Of a DNA stretch of 64,000 nt, positions 12,165-24,092 are shown piece after piece. A program made the translations under genes and the position numbers. This DNA is from Felis catus. Lineage: Eukaryota. The notes under the pieces are model-generated. The model ran no database searches. It was not told where the DNA came from and saw nothing but the letters and a program-made list of their open reading frames with translations. The DNA is taken from the NCBI RefSeq assembly GCF_018350175.1, contig NC_058368.1, forward strand, positions 171,742,001-171,806,000. The letters run 5' to 3'. How positions within the stretch are numbered: the stretch's first letter is position 1; each line of letters begins with the position of its first letter.

Positions 12165-12670
12165 ATGGGGGAATTCCATGGTGAACAAGAGACAGCAAGG
12201 TCCTTGCTTTCGCAGAACTTGCACAGAAGTAGAAGAGGTAGACACTAAACAAGCAAATAGAAATAATTGTAGATAATAGCTGCAATGAAAACATGACGTC
12301 ATAGTGTAATAGCAAGTGGGCACGAGGGGAAAAGGATGGTGGTCAGGAAAGGCCTCCGAGGAGCCAGTACATGACCCTCAGTCCAAATGAAGAGATGGAG
12401 TTATCGGGGCCAAGAACTGGGGAAACAATGTTCAGGAGGAGGGAAAATCAGTGTAGTGGCCCAGGAGGGGACAAGCTTTAAGTATGAAAGAACTAGAAAG
12501 AAGCTAGTGTGGATTGAGCATGGGGAGGGGAGCAAAGAATGGGATATGAGGCTGGACGATAAGCAGGGGTCAGACCACATAAGGACAGCGGGCCAACGAA
12601 GGAGATAGTATTGTATTCCCAGCTCAATAGAAAACACTGGAGGAAGAGTTAGGTGGTGAGGAGACCTGAA
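12165..12670 (-). mobile_element. L2 fragment
   Basis: GTGAACAAGAGACAGCAAGGTCCTTGC...GGTGGTCAGGAAAGGCCTC antisense L2 motifs. Confidence 0.7.
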
Positions 12671-12758
12671 TTCACCCTCACCATTATCACCCACAAGGAT
12701 GTAATAAGTTCCTTACAATGCTCACAGTGGACTGACCATTAAGATAGCAGACTTGGTA

Positions 12759-12946
12759 GGGGTGCCTCGATGGTGCAGTCAGTTGAGCGCCTGACTCTTG
12801 ATCTCTGCTCAGGTCATGGGTTTGAGCCCCGCGTCAGGCTCTGCACTGACAGTGTGGAGCCTGCTTGGGATTCTGTCTCTCCCTCCTTCTGCCTCTTCTC
12901 TGCTTGCACTCTCTCTCTCTCTCAAAATAAATATATATATTTTTAA
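12759..12946 (+). mobile_element. CanSINE
   Basis: Canonical structure; flanks ATAGCAGACTTGGTAG / ATAGCAGTTTGGTAG. Confidence 0.94.
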
Positions 12947-13769
12947 ATAGCAGTTTGGTAGATATGGCTTCCCCCCCAGAACCTCCCAACCAAGAAAAGA
13001 CTTTGAGGACACAGCACACCCCAATGAAGGCATCCTGTTGAGTGTAGATCCCTGCAAGAAAAAGGCATAAGCAGGGGGGAAAAATTCAATTTTTGGAAAC
13101 ACTGAACACTGTGACAAAAAACCATTTCCTGCTGAGAAAGTATTTTAACACACAAACCTCCTTTATGCCAGAAAGAAAAACAAAAGAGGTAGAATTTTCC
13201 CATCGCGATATGCACAATCAAATTCAGGCTCCAGGACACCTCAGTTCAGCACGGCTCTCTTTTCCTAAGGAAGCTTTATGATAAACGGTGATGGCAACTA
13301 ACCGATAGATTGTCTATTTAGTGCAATAACTGAGGCATTGTAGCCAGAAGGCAAACATTCTAAAATAAATGCAGCCTTGCCCGGCTGGTCTCAAGCCTTT
13401 CCTTTTGATACAGCCACACTGAGACCTCTTTATGGGCTATTCTGCTCACTTAGCCTAAAGGTGTAGCTCTGAGCAGCACCTACCTCCGGTGGCTGTGAGC
13501 GGAAGCGGCAGGAGGAGGCTTTGCCCCCTCAGCACTCAGAACAAAGACGAAGGTGCAGGACTGCTTTTCATGCCAACTGCATGGGTGCACACAGACACTC
13601 ACATAGAGTTAAGCCCCCTTTTTACGACTCCCCCACCCCTGCTTTTTAAGGCTGCTCTGGTTGAGTATTACGAACTGAGAAGCTGGCCCATTCAAGTAAC
13701 AGGAATGAGGAATGTCTATCTAGTGGGGTTCATGTCCAAGTAGAGAGGACAGCCACTCTCCACTCCAGC

Positions 13770-14215
13770 TCCCGTCAGATGTTTCCATACAAGAATGTGG
13801 AGCCTGATGTTATAAGGTCTCCTGATGTTTCTAGAGAAACCAGAAATCCAGATTTTAATGTGAAGTCTCCTGCTTTTTAAAATGTTTCCAACTGATTCTG
13901 GGGCGCCTGGGTGGCTCAGTTAAGCCTCCGACTCTTGATTTCAGCTCAGGTCATGATCTCACGGTATTGAGAACAAGCCCCACGTCAGGCTTCACACTGA
14001 GCATGGAGCCTACCTGAGATTCTCTCCCTCCCCCTCTCCCTCTGCCCCTCTGCCCTTGCGTGCTCACTCTCTCGCACTCTCAAAAAATTTTTAAAAACAA
14101 TTTTTTAATTTTAAAAAATTTATAAAATGTTTGCAAGTGATTCAATAAAAAGAAATTTTTAAGGCCCATTCTGTGGGCCTTATGTGGCCTATAGACCACT
14201 GGTTTGTAAACTCCA
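13770..14215 (+). mobile_element. MER103-like hAT-Charlie element, interrupted by a SINE
   Basis: GAGAAACCAGAAATCCAGATTTTAATGTGAAGTCTCCTG motif; a similar remnant lies at ~15870-16175. Confidence 0.6.
13900..14122 (+). mobile_element. CanSINE
   Basis: 21-bp TSD with 2 mismatches TAAAATGTTT(C/G)CAA(C/G)TGATTC 13878-13898/14123-14143. Confidence 0.95.
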
Positions 14216-14463
14216 GTCTTCTATTTTCCAATATTTATTATAATTTCAAATGTGTAGAGAAGTCAAAATAATTTTACAACGGACACCTCTGTATATCTAA
14301 AACCTAGATTCTAGTTGCTTTGTCATATATCCCTATTCAGCTACTTATTTTAAAGAAATTTTAACTGTTATGGAAATTTGAAGGAGCAGGAGAGAGGAAA
14401 GGAGAGAGAAAGTCCTGCAGAGGTGACTCTAGTCTATTAACTCATTTCTTAAAATTCAACTTC

Positions 14464-14656
14464 AGGGACAGGAGAAATGGGGAATGACTAATGAACAGGT
14501 GTAAAGTTTCAGCTAAACAAAATGAGTTAAGTTCTGAAAATCTGCTATACAACATTGTACCTATAGGTATCAATGCTGTATTGTACACTTAAAAATCTGT
14601 TAAGAGGGTAGATCTTAAGTGTTCTCACCAGCAATAAAATGAATAATAATAACATT
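14464..14656 (+). mobile_element. 5'-truncated old L1 3' end (L1MB-like)
   Basis: AAAGTTTCAG...GTATTGTACACTTAAAAATCTGTTAAGAGGGTAGATCT; perfect TSD TTAAAATTCAACTTC 14449-14463/14657-14671. Confidence 0.85.
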
Positions 14657-14701
14657 TTAAAATTCAACTTCTTTCATCCAGCTTTCTATTTGGCCATGAT
14701 T

Positions 14702-14774
14702 TTTATTCTTTTTGTTTTTATTTTATTTTTTTATTTGAGAGAGAGAGAGAGCATGCAAGCAGGGGAGAGGGGCA

Positions 14775-14826
<52 letters not shown>

Positions 14827-14944
14827 CTCAAGCAGGCTCCACACTGAGTGTGAAGCCTGACACAGGGCTCAATCCCACAATCCTAGAATCATGACCTAAG
14901 CCAAAATCAGGGACACTCAACTGACTGAGCCACCCAGGTACCCC
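14702..14944 (-). mobile_element. CanSINE with expanded (GA)n at 14779-14824
   Basis: TSD TGGCCATGATT 14691-14701/14945-14955. Confidence 0.95.
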
Positions 14945-16387
14945 TGGCCATGATTCTTAGGTGGAGCTTAGGAGTTACATATTTCAAAGCCCTGGTGAGC
15001 CAAGTCATCCCTGGGTCGATAGAAGCTACCTCTCCAAGTGACATCCTGAGAAGTGAGCCCCTGGATCCTTGAGGGTTTGTGGAGCACACATGCTTCTCCC
15101 ATCTGTCTGGATACAGAAACTCTGACACCCCTGAGTGAGGCCTGGAAGGTTCAGGCATGCCATAGATTACCATGCACTGCCCTCAATATAGTCAGAAAGG
15201 GCTGGACACAGACCTTGGGATCCCCACTGGGAGGAGAGTGTGCAGTTAGAGCTATCACTTGCTGAATATGTGTGAGCACGACTTTTTGCACATGGGATGC
15301 TCATTTTGTGTGGGAGGTTAGAGTCAAAAGCCTTGGCTGTGAAAACTGATTATTTTAATTAAGTCCCCTGAGACTTACTGCAGAACACTTTTCAAAGGTT
15401 GAAAATAGTCTTTCTCAGGGTTCCCACATGTGCACTGGGACCAAGAAAAGTATTTAAATCCTGACAGCAGCTCTCGTGTTGGCTCGTCTGGAGAGATGGA
15501 TCAGCAGCCTGCTCTCGTCCTTTGTGGCGACTGAGGAGTACCTAGGGACAGAGTGGGGAGAGAAAGCTGTTATGCCTACTACTGTTCCCCCACTGCTTTC
15601 CACTGAGCTTAAAAAAATTACATTTCCCGTGTGGTAGCAGCGTATCATTAAGGGATGGTAATCACCATGGTAACCAGGGGTAGTCTGCTACAAGCAAAGG
15701 AAGAAAGAAAACCATCAGCCAGAGCTTGCTGCACCCACATTAGCTCAAAATGCCCAGGCTCTTAAGTAATATGGAAAAGGAATATTTTTCTAGAATGACA
15801 GCTAAACCAAATTTTAGAATCATTAAATCATTACACTGTAAGAGTGACAGAATTACAGAATGACCACAGGCTGTAACTCCATACCCTCAGGATCAGCCAG
15901 TCAGGTAAATTATCAGGCCAGTGACCCCACGGTGGTGGAAGGAGGGAGAGGGTCCGGAAAACTGTGGCCACGCTCTGAGAGAAGGAGTAACAGCTTCTGC
16001 AGCTGCAGCGAATCGTAGCAATGCAAGAACCAGTCCTGTTACATCAGGTCATGCAATTTCCAAAGGAAGCTGAGAATGGAGATTTTATGTGAAATATACC
16101 AAAATGACTACTACTCAGAACTAATTTCAAGCAGGTCTAATAAAATACCTCTGGGAACTCCAGTTTACAACATTCGCTTCAATACCCGCGCCCACTCCTT
16201 CTTAAACTCTGAGGATACTGAGGTCCAGAAAAGTTGTTATTTATTCAGGTCACACAGTCAGTGAATAAGTAGGACCTCTTGGGGTCTGGATTCCCTGTAC
16301 AGTGCCCCTTCCCTTCTAAAATATTGTGGAGACAAGCCAGCTTAGCTCATTTCCACTTTAATGGGTACAAAAAGTCTACTGGCACAG

Positions 16388-16600
16388 ACGCGCCTGGGTG
16401 GCTCAGTCAGTTCAGCGTCCTACTTCAGCTGAAGTTATGATCTTGAGGGTCACGAGTTAAAGTCCCGCCTCGGGTTCTGTGCTGACAGCTCAGAGCCTGG
16501 AGCCTGCTTCAGATTCTGTGTCTCCCTCTCTCTGCTCCTCCCCTGCTCACATTCTGTCGGTCTCTCTCTCAAAAATAAACAATTAAAAAAAAAAATTTTA
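16388..16600 (+). mobile_element. CanSINE
   Basis: CGCCTGGGTGGCTCAGTCAG head, CT body, A tail. Confidence 0.93.
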
Positions 16601-16689
16601 AACCTGCTGGCAGTCAGTCTTTACTGATTTTTAAACCATAAAATCAGTTCTCAGAGAGTATGAGATGTGTGAGTCTATCCACTCCTATC

Positions 16690-17620
16690 CACTCCTTGTT
16701 AGATCATTTCCTAATAGTTTGTGTTGACTGTTACTGCAAATGGGATTTTCAAATTATATTTTCGACTAATAGCTCTTTGTATATAGAGACCTATAATTTT
16801 CTCATTACATTTGTAGTACCCACTTTACTGAATTTTCTTTTCTGTAATGACACATCAACTCATTGTCATGGAATTTCTAAATATAGAATCAAATCTTCTG
16901 CAACTGTTATTTTACTCCTTCATTTCTTTTTTTGTCTTTGTATGATTAATATTTACATAGGACAGTGTTAACTAAGAGTATTTAGGGGGCATCTTTGTCT
17001 TATTCCAAAATTTAACAGGAATTCTTCTGTCTCACCATTAAGCATGATGCTGGCTTTATATCTACATCTATATCTTAAACATATTAAGAAAGTATCTATT
17101 TCTATTTTATTAAAGACACCTTAGAAAATAATGAATATATGTTACATTATATCAAATTCTTGTTTTAGCACCAATGGAAATAACTAAATGGTTTTACTCC
17201 TTTCAGAAATATGAAGAATTGTATTACTCAATATCCTAGGGTGGAACTACTTTTGCCTTCCCCAAATGAAGTCTATTCTTTTTTTTTTTTTAAGTTTTGT
17301 TTATTTAAGTAATCTCTACACCCAACGTGGGGCTCAAACTCACAACCCCGAGATCAAGATTCACCAGCTTTCCTGACTGAGCCAGCCAGGCACCCCAGTG
17401 TATTCTTTTAAAGTTCCACTGGATTCTGGTTGCAAACATTTCATCTCAGACGCTTGTATTCATATATCTTTTTGTTGTGATATCTTTGACAGGTTTTGTC
17501 ATCAGCGTTATTCTATGCTTATAAAGTAATTTGGAGGCTTTGCTTCTCTGCACTCTTGAACAGTTTAAACAGCATGGGGGCTGTCTGGTCATTAAAGACT
17601 TGATTGGCTTAAACTATTAA
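16690..17620 (-). mobile_element. Old L1 (L1M-type) ORF2-region fragment
   Basis: GGGGGCATCTTTGTCTTATTCC, TCACCATTAAGCATGATGCTGGCT and similar antisense L1 motifs, highly diverged. Confidence 0.7.
17282..17396 (-). mobile_element. Short CanSINE lacking the (CT)n region
   Basis: T tail, GACTGAGCCAGCCAGGCACCCC head; TSD AGT(C/G)TATTCTTT. Confidence 0.88.
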
Positions 17621-19568
17621 AATATCCAAGTTCCCTTGGCCTTGACCAAGTCCTTTACACTGGAGTATGCTCTCTGCTTTGGTGTCCAGGAACAGTTTTA
17701 TCTCCCCTCCTTTAATCCTGTTTCGTAATCCCCCTGGCTATAAACTCCATGTCTCCTTCATGGTGGCCTTGGAGCCTTCACAGGAACGAGAACCCTTCTG
17801 TGTCAGCACAGAATGGCGGAGGTGTAAATGTAGATTACATTCATTTCTCTATCCCTTTCCTCCTGCTTAGAAGGAGTACCACACTCAGATTCTTGCTACA
17901 TTTAATCACTGGTCTTTAGCATTTGTTAGAGCCCTGAATATTAAATGACTATTTATATCTAGGCCAGCACAGATGTGTCTCTTCTCTTTTTCTTTGTCCA
18001 GTTTTTATCCTCTTTACTTTTTCCTTTCCTTCCTCTCTTTTTTCTAGTCCTTTCCTCCTGCTAATGACAGAGGTGTGAATATAGATTAGACCACAAGAAC
18101 AGGAGACTTTGTTTGTTTAACTTGTAACCCGGATTCTAGCCTTTCACCGACATTTTTTTTTTTTTTGCAATAAAGCCAAGACCATCCCACAGAGTCTCCT
18201 AGTCACCCCAAATGAATCATTTGGTGATGAAACAAACCATCTTTTCTCACCATCCTTCACATAGGTAAAACTACCACTGGAATTGACTACAGATGGGTGG
18301 AAAAGATCTTCTGCAGGAAACATTTCACATCTTCATCAGGATGCTCTCAAACTAACGAGCCAGCTCAAGAGTTTTCTGGACTCAATGGATATTTGTGATC
18401 CAGAGAAGAAAAACTCCAGGGCTTGACCTTTAGTGAAAACAGGCAAGTTGAAAATCTCATGCCCTAAAGATGAGAACCAGAAGTTGTCCTTCCCTAGAGA
18501 TTTTATTATCAAAAGGAAGAACGTGTATGTTCTTGGGGTGGGGATGGTGAGGATCCCTTTTAAGTCAGGCAAAACTGTGCCACCCATTTCCTGGGATCTT
18601 GGTGCCCAACTCTATGTTCTTTCTGAAGACCACCATCCAAAATGAGGTTGGGGTAATATTGCAACCAAAAAAAAAAGAAATTTGCTGATGACAGGAACAT
18701 GGTTCTCACAGCAGTAAACATGAACAGGTGGTTGAGCAGCAGGTTCTTAAAGACTGTGCCACTCACTACAAGAGAAGGAAGACAGAAGATACAACATTTG
18801 CACTTGTAAAAATATCTTGCCTTTAATAACAACTTTACACTGTAAATGCAAATGATATGTTAAACTCCGCGGGGGAATGGCATGATATTGCCATAGTTAT
18901 TTGGTAGGACAATAAAACAATGGTAGCAGGAGCCCTGCTGGGCACTTGTATGGTACTTAACATTTTCAAAGGCTCTGACAGGCACCAATTCATTGTAAGG
19001 CTTTTCACGTGCTCTCTCTGGTCTGACAGTGCTTTAGAGGCATGTAAATAACTCTTTTCTACACGTATACCTTAATGCAGTAGCTAACTTAGTTTATATC
19101 CTCAATTGACAGTTTTTAAAGTTGCTGTAACCATGTAGGAAAGAAGTCAAATTATGTACTAGTTAACAGCCTAGAGATTAGCGGTTCTTAGCTTGAGACT
19201 CTAACATCCAGTTATGGAGAATAAATAATACTAACTTCTCTTCCTGGGTTTTACTTTTCTCTGCCAACATATCCCATTAACAGAGCCCTAAAGTACACAA
19301 AGACTTTAATCAGATTTTAGAAACGCATGTGCACTAACTTTGTCAATAATAACAAAAACTTCATGGGCCGAAATACATTTTTATCTATGCCCTCCTCCCA
19401 CAGAATTTACCATCCGTATTACTGACCAAATATGTGAAAGCAACCTATCCCATAAATAATTTCCTGTACATTTTTATTGGCTCAAGGCATGTATTTCTTT
19501 TGAGGGTGATACTCAAACTCCCTTGGATTCTTTCTCAGAGTTCATTATGGTCTTTTCCCCCTAGGTTA

Positions 19569-20034
19569 TGAAAATATTCTTTGCTTGACCAAACTTTAAT
19601 CATAATCAGGTTCCTGGACCTTCTCCTAGGTTCATCTGTGCACGTCCTTGTAAAATCTAATTTTAGCAAGAACCCTGCTAAGTCAGTTTCACAAGAGGCC
19701 CCATTCCCACTATCTGATCAGCCTCAGTATCTAATCAAGGTCTTCATCCTCCACTGTCTTCCAGGTGATGTCTGACCACCCTGGTCTGTCTTCAGCAGTG
19801 ATCCTTTTAGGTCAGGGTAGCCAGCGTTCCCATCAACGCTGATGTTTCCCCTTAGAGATTTTCTATCCACTGATCCCCACCCTGCTTCTTGGCTGTGAAT
19901 TGCCACTTGCCCGTGCTGTATTCAGAATTGAGCCTGGTTCTACTCTGAGGTCTCTTTTCCCCTATTGCAATAGTCCTGAATATAATCTGTTTTTACTGCT
20001 TTACCTGCCTTCCAGCTCCAGTTCTTCTTTGACA
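19569..20034 (+). mobile_element. ERV1 solo LTR (MER31-like)
   Basis: TG...CA ends; CTTGACCAAACTTT, TTTTAGCAAGAACCCTGCTAAGTCAGTTT, CCAGGTGATGTCTGA; flanks GTTA/ATTA. Confidence 0.8.
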
Positions 20035-20105
20035 ATTATTAAACAACTATAGTCATGTATTTATTGTCCACTTCTAGGAAAATTACTTAAAAATAAATAC
20101 CTATA

Positions 20106-20315
20106 GGGCGCCTGGGTGGCTCAGTCAGTTGAGCATCTCACTTCAGCTCAGGTCACGATCTCATGGCTCATGAGTTCGAGCCCCGCGTCACATTCTGTGC
20201 TGACAGCTCAGAGCCTGGAGCCTCCTTCAGATCCTGTGTCTCCCTGTCTCTCTGCCCCTCCCCCATTAGTGCTCTGTCTCCATCTCTCTCTCAAAAATAA
20301 ATGCTAAAAAAATTA

Positions 20316-20358
<43 letters not shown>

Positions 20359-20364
20359 ACAAAC
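20106..20364 (+). mobile_element. CanSINE with (TAAA)n tail
   Basis: TSD AAATACCTAT 20095-20104/20365-20374. Confidence 0.95.
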
Positions 20365-20429
20365 AAATACCTATGGACAAGTTAGAAGAAATAAACGTTC
20401 AACTTTTCTTTATGCTGAAAACCAGTATA

Positions 20430-20990
20430 CAAACATAAATATTAAGTGTACTTCAATCCACACATGGAATTACTGAGGTTGTGCTAGGCATAAGGATACC
20501 AATACAACGTGATTCCTGCCTTTACAGATTTCATAGCCTATCTAGGTAAGGGGAAATGTCTATGTTGAATAAAGTCTAATAATATTTAAAATAGAGATGT
20601 GCCAGATAGACAAACAGGCAGACAGAATGGAGGCTCGAAGGAGAAAGCAATCCATACACTTGGGATCATGGGGTGATCAGAGAAAGCCAGAGAGAGGAGA
20701 TAGCATTTTAACTTATCTATGAAGGTGAAGTAAGCAGTTTCCAGCTGGACAGGGAGAAGGTAGTTGTTGGCAGAGGGCAGAGGAACCACAAAAGCAAAGG
20801 TGGAGAACAAGACACAGGGCACTGTTCCCCTCACTCCTGCAGGGAAGCGTTGGAGCATAGCATGAAGGCATTTGCTGAGTGCACAGAAGCATACAGGAAT
20901 GAGAGGGCCTAGAGAAGAAATGTAAAGCATTGATGTCAAGTTTGAGACAGTCTTGAGGAGCTGATTTTACTCACATGTGACATCTGACAG
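20430..20990 (-). mobile_element. L2 fragment
   Basis: TGTGCTAGGCATAAGGATAC...TCCTGCCTTTACAGATTTCATAGCCTA and GGCAGAGGGCAGAGGAAC motifs. Confidence 0.6.
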
Positions 20991-21402
20991 AAAGCAGTGG
21001 CTGGACCAGTGAATTTGTGAAGGTTTATGAGAGGTCTTAGAACTCTAGCTGCATTTCTCACTAGAGTGAAGCTTCTGATCATGAGAAACATTTCAGCAGA
21101 AAAAGATCAGAACTGGAAGGGCCATTAGTGAGCATCTAATTCAGTCCCTAGCGGCTACAATGATGGCCTCCAGCTTCAGGACCTGTGTCCGGGGGTGCCC
21201 CCCATCCCCTGCCGTGCAGTCAACACAGAATGACCTCTCAGTGAAAGCCTCTGGCCACGCTGAAGGAAAAAGCATAGGAAAGATGGGAGGGGTATATGGA
21301 AAGAAAAGCAGGCAGGCTGGCAGGCAAGCAGGCAGGCTGACTGGCCTGTGACCCTGGCTTGAGATTTGGCCGGCATTTGGTTTATTCTCAGCATCTCGCT
21401 GG

Positions 21403-21613
21403 AAGGGAAACTCCCTTGAGCCCAGTTCCCATCAGAGCAAAGGAATGGCTTTTCACAGCCTACTACACAGAAACAAGACTGCCTTCAGTCCCTCTTGGGG
21501 AAGAAGGGCTTTTGTGGTACTCAGCTGCGTGGTTGGTCCTTTTTTCTCACTTCACCAGAGCAATTGGTTGTGAGTTTCCAACCCAGCCCTTCAAACCCTT
21601 ACAGGAAATTCCT
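21403..21613. promoter_or_regulatory. Candidate enhancer with NF-kB-type motifs
   Basis: GGGAAACTCC 21405-21414 fits GGGRNWYYCC; GGAAATTCC 21604-21612; apparently non-repetitive context; motif evidence only. Confidence 0.35.
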
Positions 21614-21862
21614 AGAGACTAATTAGTCCGGCTACAAAGTTTTTGGCAGCTCAGCTCTGAAGCCCTCCTTTGAATTCTAAAGGAATCGGCAGGGGCACCT
21701 GGGCCTCTACTCCTGTGTTCTCCTCAGCCTTGACCCAGAGACCTGGGTGGGATGGGTTTCCCCACATGGAACAAAATTGACTCTTGATTTCTTTGCCCCA
21801 GTGTTCTCCTACACCAGGTGTCCTGAATTAAGTATTCTTCCTACAGAAGAGGAGGTTTAACC

Positions 21863-22049
21863 CAGTGCTTGTTAAACTTTAGCATGTGTCAAAATCACCT
21901 GTAGGGTTTGCTAAAGCACAGCTTTACTTGAGGACCCACTCTCCGTTTCTGATTCAGTAGGTTCAAGATGGAACCTGAATTTGATTTCCCACCAAGTCCC
22001 AGAGATGATGCTAATGCTTGTGTGCCATTGCTCACATTTTAAGAACCAC
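21863..22049. mobile_element. MER5A-like hAT-Charlie MITE
   Basis: CAGTGCTTGTTAAACTTTAGCATGTGTCAAAATCACCTG...TTCTGATTCAGTAGG...AGAACCAC. Confidence 0.75.
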
Positions 22050-22147
22050 CAAATCAGGAATCAGGTCTTGTATTCTCTCTCTCTCTCTTCTTTTTTCCTA
22101 CCTACCTATGCCTCAAAATTGCCAGGAATTCCCAAGTTAGGAATCAA

Positions 22148-22150
<3 letters not shown>

Positions 22151-22227
<77 letters not shown>

Positions 22228-22275
22228 TATGTATATATATACACACATGTATATGTATATATATATGTATACATA
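22151..22275. repeat. Compound (AT)n(AC)n microsatellite
   Basis: About 29 AT units, then an AC run and degenerate TA/TG/CA units. Confidence 0.97.
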
Positions 22276-23679
22276 TTTTTTTTCTGCAAACAAGTTCTTC
22301 TCTGTCCTCCTATACCCCTGTCCTTCTTAGAAACATAATCACTTCATTGATTAATTACTATTCAACCCAGTATCACTACAACAGTTTTGTTCCTGGCATC
22401 GTGAGACATTCCTAATTTTATTTCCTGTCCCTCTTGTCTAGACCAGAATCTTATTTATAATCTCCAGGCCCAAATACATGTATAATAGAAACAAAAAAAC
22501 CCCAAAACAATACAGCCTAGGGAACAATGACAGTGTTCTTTCCTAAGAAAAAGGAGCTTCAGTTGAAAGCTTATGCAAGCTTTAGACAAAATGGAGTTGT
22601 GTGCACATGGAGTGATGGTAAATTTCCTGCTAGCATTCTATTAGGTTGTGCTAGTGAGGAGATTTTTTTCCCTGGAGAAGATTAGGAATTGGTGCCAGAA
22701 TTAATTAAGGAATAAAGGTGAGTGAATCTTCCTCTGTTGAATAGAGTCTATTCCACATGGCCTTGCCTGCTCTAATAATACCAGACAAGTCATAGTATGA
22801 ATATACCTTCCTGCAAGAGATGCCAGGGCAAGGCCGTTATGCTTGTAAAGGAGCTGGCTAAATTCACAAACTCCCACTTATAATGATTTTTCACATGTTG
22901 AACTACTTCCGAAGAGAGAAGGAATCTCCATGGGCAGTATTTGCAAGGTCAGGGAAAGACACGATCAGAAGCCAGTTTTAGAGGTGGCCAGTTTGGGCCC
23001 TCAGATGGCTGGCCTGGGTGGAGATACAGAGAGCTATAGTTCACTCTGGATGTTACCAGCTACCAAAAGCTACAGTTATTTGTAGGTAGCATGGGGCCAC
23101 AGGTTGGGTAACAGAGCAGGTGCTAAAGGGTTGTGAAATGTGAATTGAACGTGGAAAAGAATGTGTCTAAGAGAGAAATGACAGAAGGTTGTAGAGGGTT
23201 GTGATGGGTAGACATGAATTTTTAAAGGAGACTATCGAACCCACTAGGACATGAGGTAGAGGGTGGGAGAGATGCTGTCAGCTGACAAAGAAAGTGCTTC
23301 ATGGACTGGGGCGGGGGGGGGGGGCGCGGTGCAACGTGGAACATCTTGAACACACTTGGTTAGGTTACTGGGGTCGGAATATTTCACCTAAACACTGAAC
23401 ATTCTCCAAGATTCCATGTTGTGCTGGACTGGCTTACAGCCGTGCCATTTTGTTACAAAGTGTACAACCTTTGCATTCTACAATAAGGGGCTGGGTGCTG
23501 GGTTTATACCAAAATGACCGAAATAAAATCACTGACGAGAAGAAGCGAAAAGTGTAACACTTTCCAACTCTGAAATCATGATTTGATTAGACAATCTCCA
23601 GCTTTTATTTGTGCCATTTCTTCTCTTTGCTCAGGTGTATCACCTCACACCTATGTTTATTCTGTTTCTTACCACTTCC

Positions 23680-23822
23680 TTGTAGAAACACACACTCTGG
23701 GCTAGGAGGCAAGCTTCCAGGAGGGCATGAACTCTGGCGGCTTTGTTCACGAACATGTACTCTGTGCCTGGTGCCTGTGTGGCATAGTGTGTGCTCAATA
23801 AATGTTTGTTGAATGAATAAAG
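23680..23822 (+). mobile_element. L2 3' end
   Basis: GTGCCTGTGTGGCATAGTGTGTGCTCAATAAATGTTTGTTGAATGAAT. Confidence 0.8.
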
Positions 23823-23919
23823 AGAGGGAGGGTACACAGGGGAGAAAACTAGAAAAGAGGGGAAGAAATGTTTCTGAACAGTGGATCTGGCCCAGAGTCC
23901 CCTTAACCAGTGTCATCAC

Positions 23920-24092
23920 TTTGGATGTTGTGCCTTAAATTCTCAGAACAGCACTTTTCCTCAATAGTAAAATAGGAATAATTATGCCTGTCTGGCAGGG
24001 CTGTTGTGGGGATTAGAGAACTATGTGGAAAGTACTTCGCTCTGTACCTGATGGAGAGGAGGAGTTCAATAAATGATAATCATTATTATTAT
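23920..24092 (+). mobile_element. MIR
   Basis: TTCCTCAATAGTAAAATAGGAATAAT...GGGCTGTTGTGGGGATTA...TCAATAAATG. Confidence 0.75.

Noticed and set aside
18270..18645. Possible processed pseudogene between T and A runs
   Set aside because: No recognisable parent protein, no TSD, and no well-placed poly(A) signal
21981..22415. 144-aa ORF with YI repeats
   Set aside because: Translation of MER5 plus the (AT)n microsatellite
23308..23329. G-rich tract as a promoter or CpG island (also the G run at 46548-46560)
   Set aside because: Isolated homopolymers with no extended CpG island
22739..23563. 7-bp-arm palindromes (GAATAGA-G-TCTATTC; AAAGTGT-A-ACACTTT)
   Set aside because: About 4 expected by chance per window (64000/4^7)
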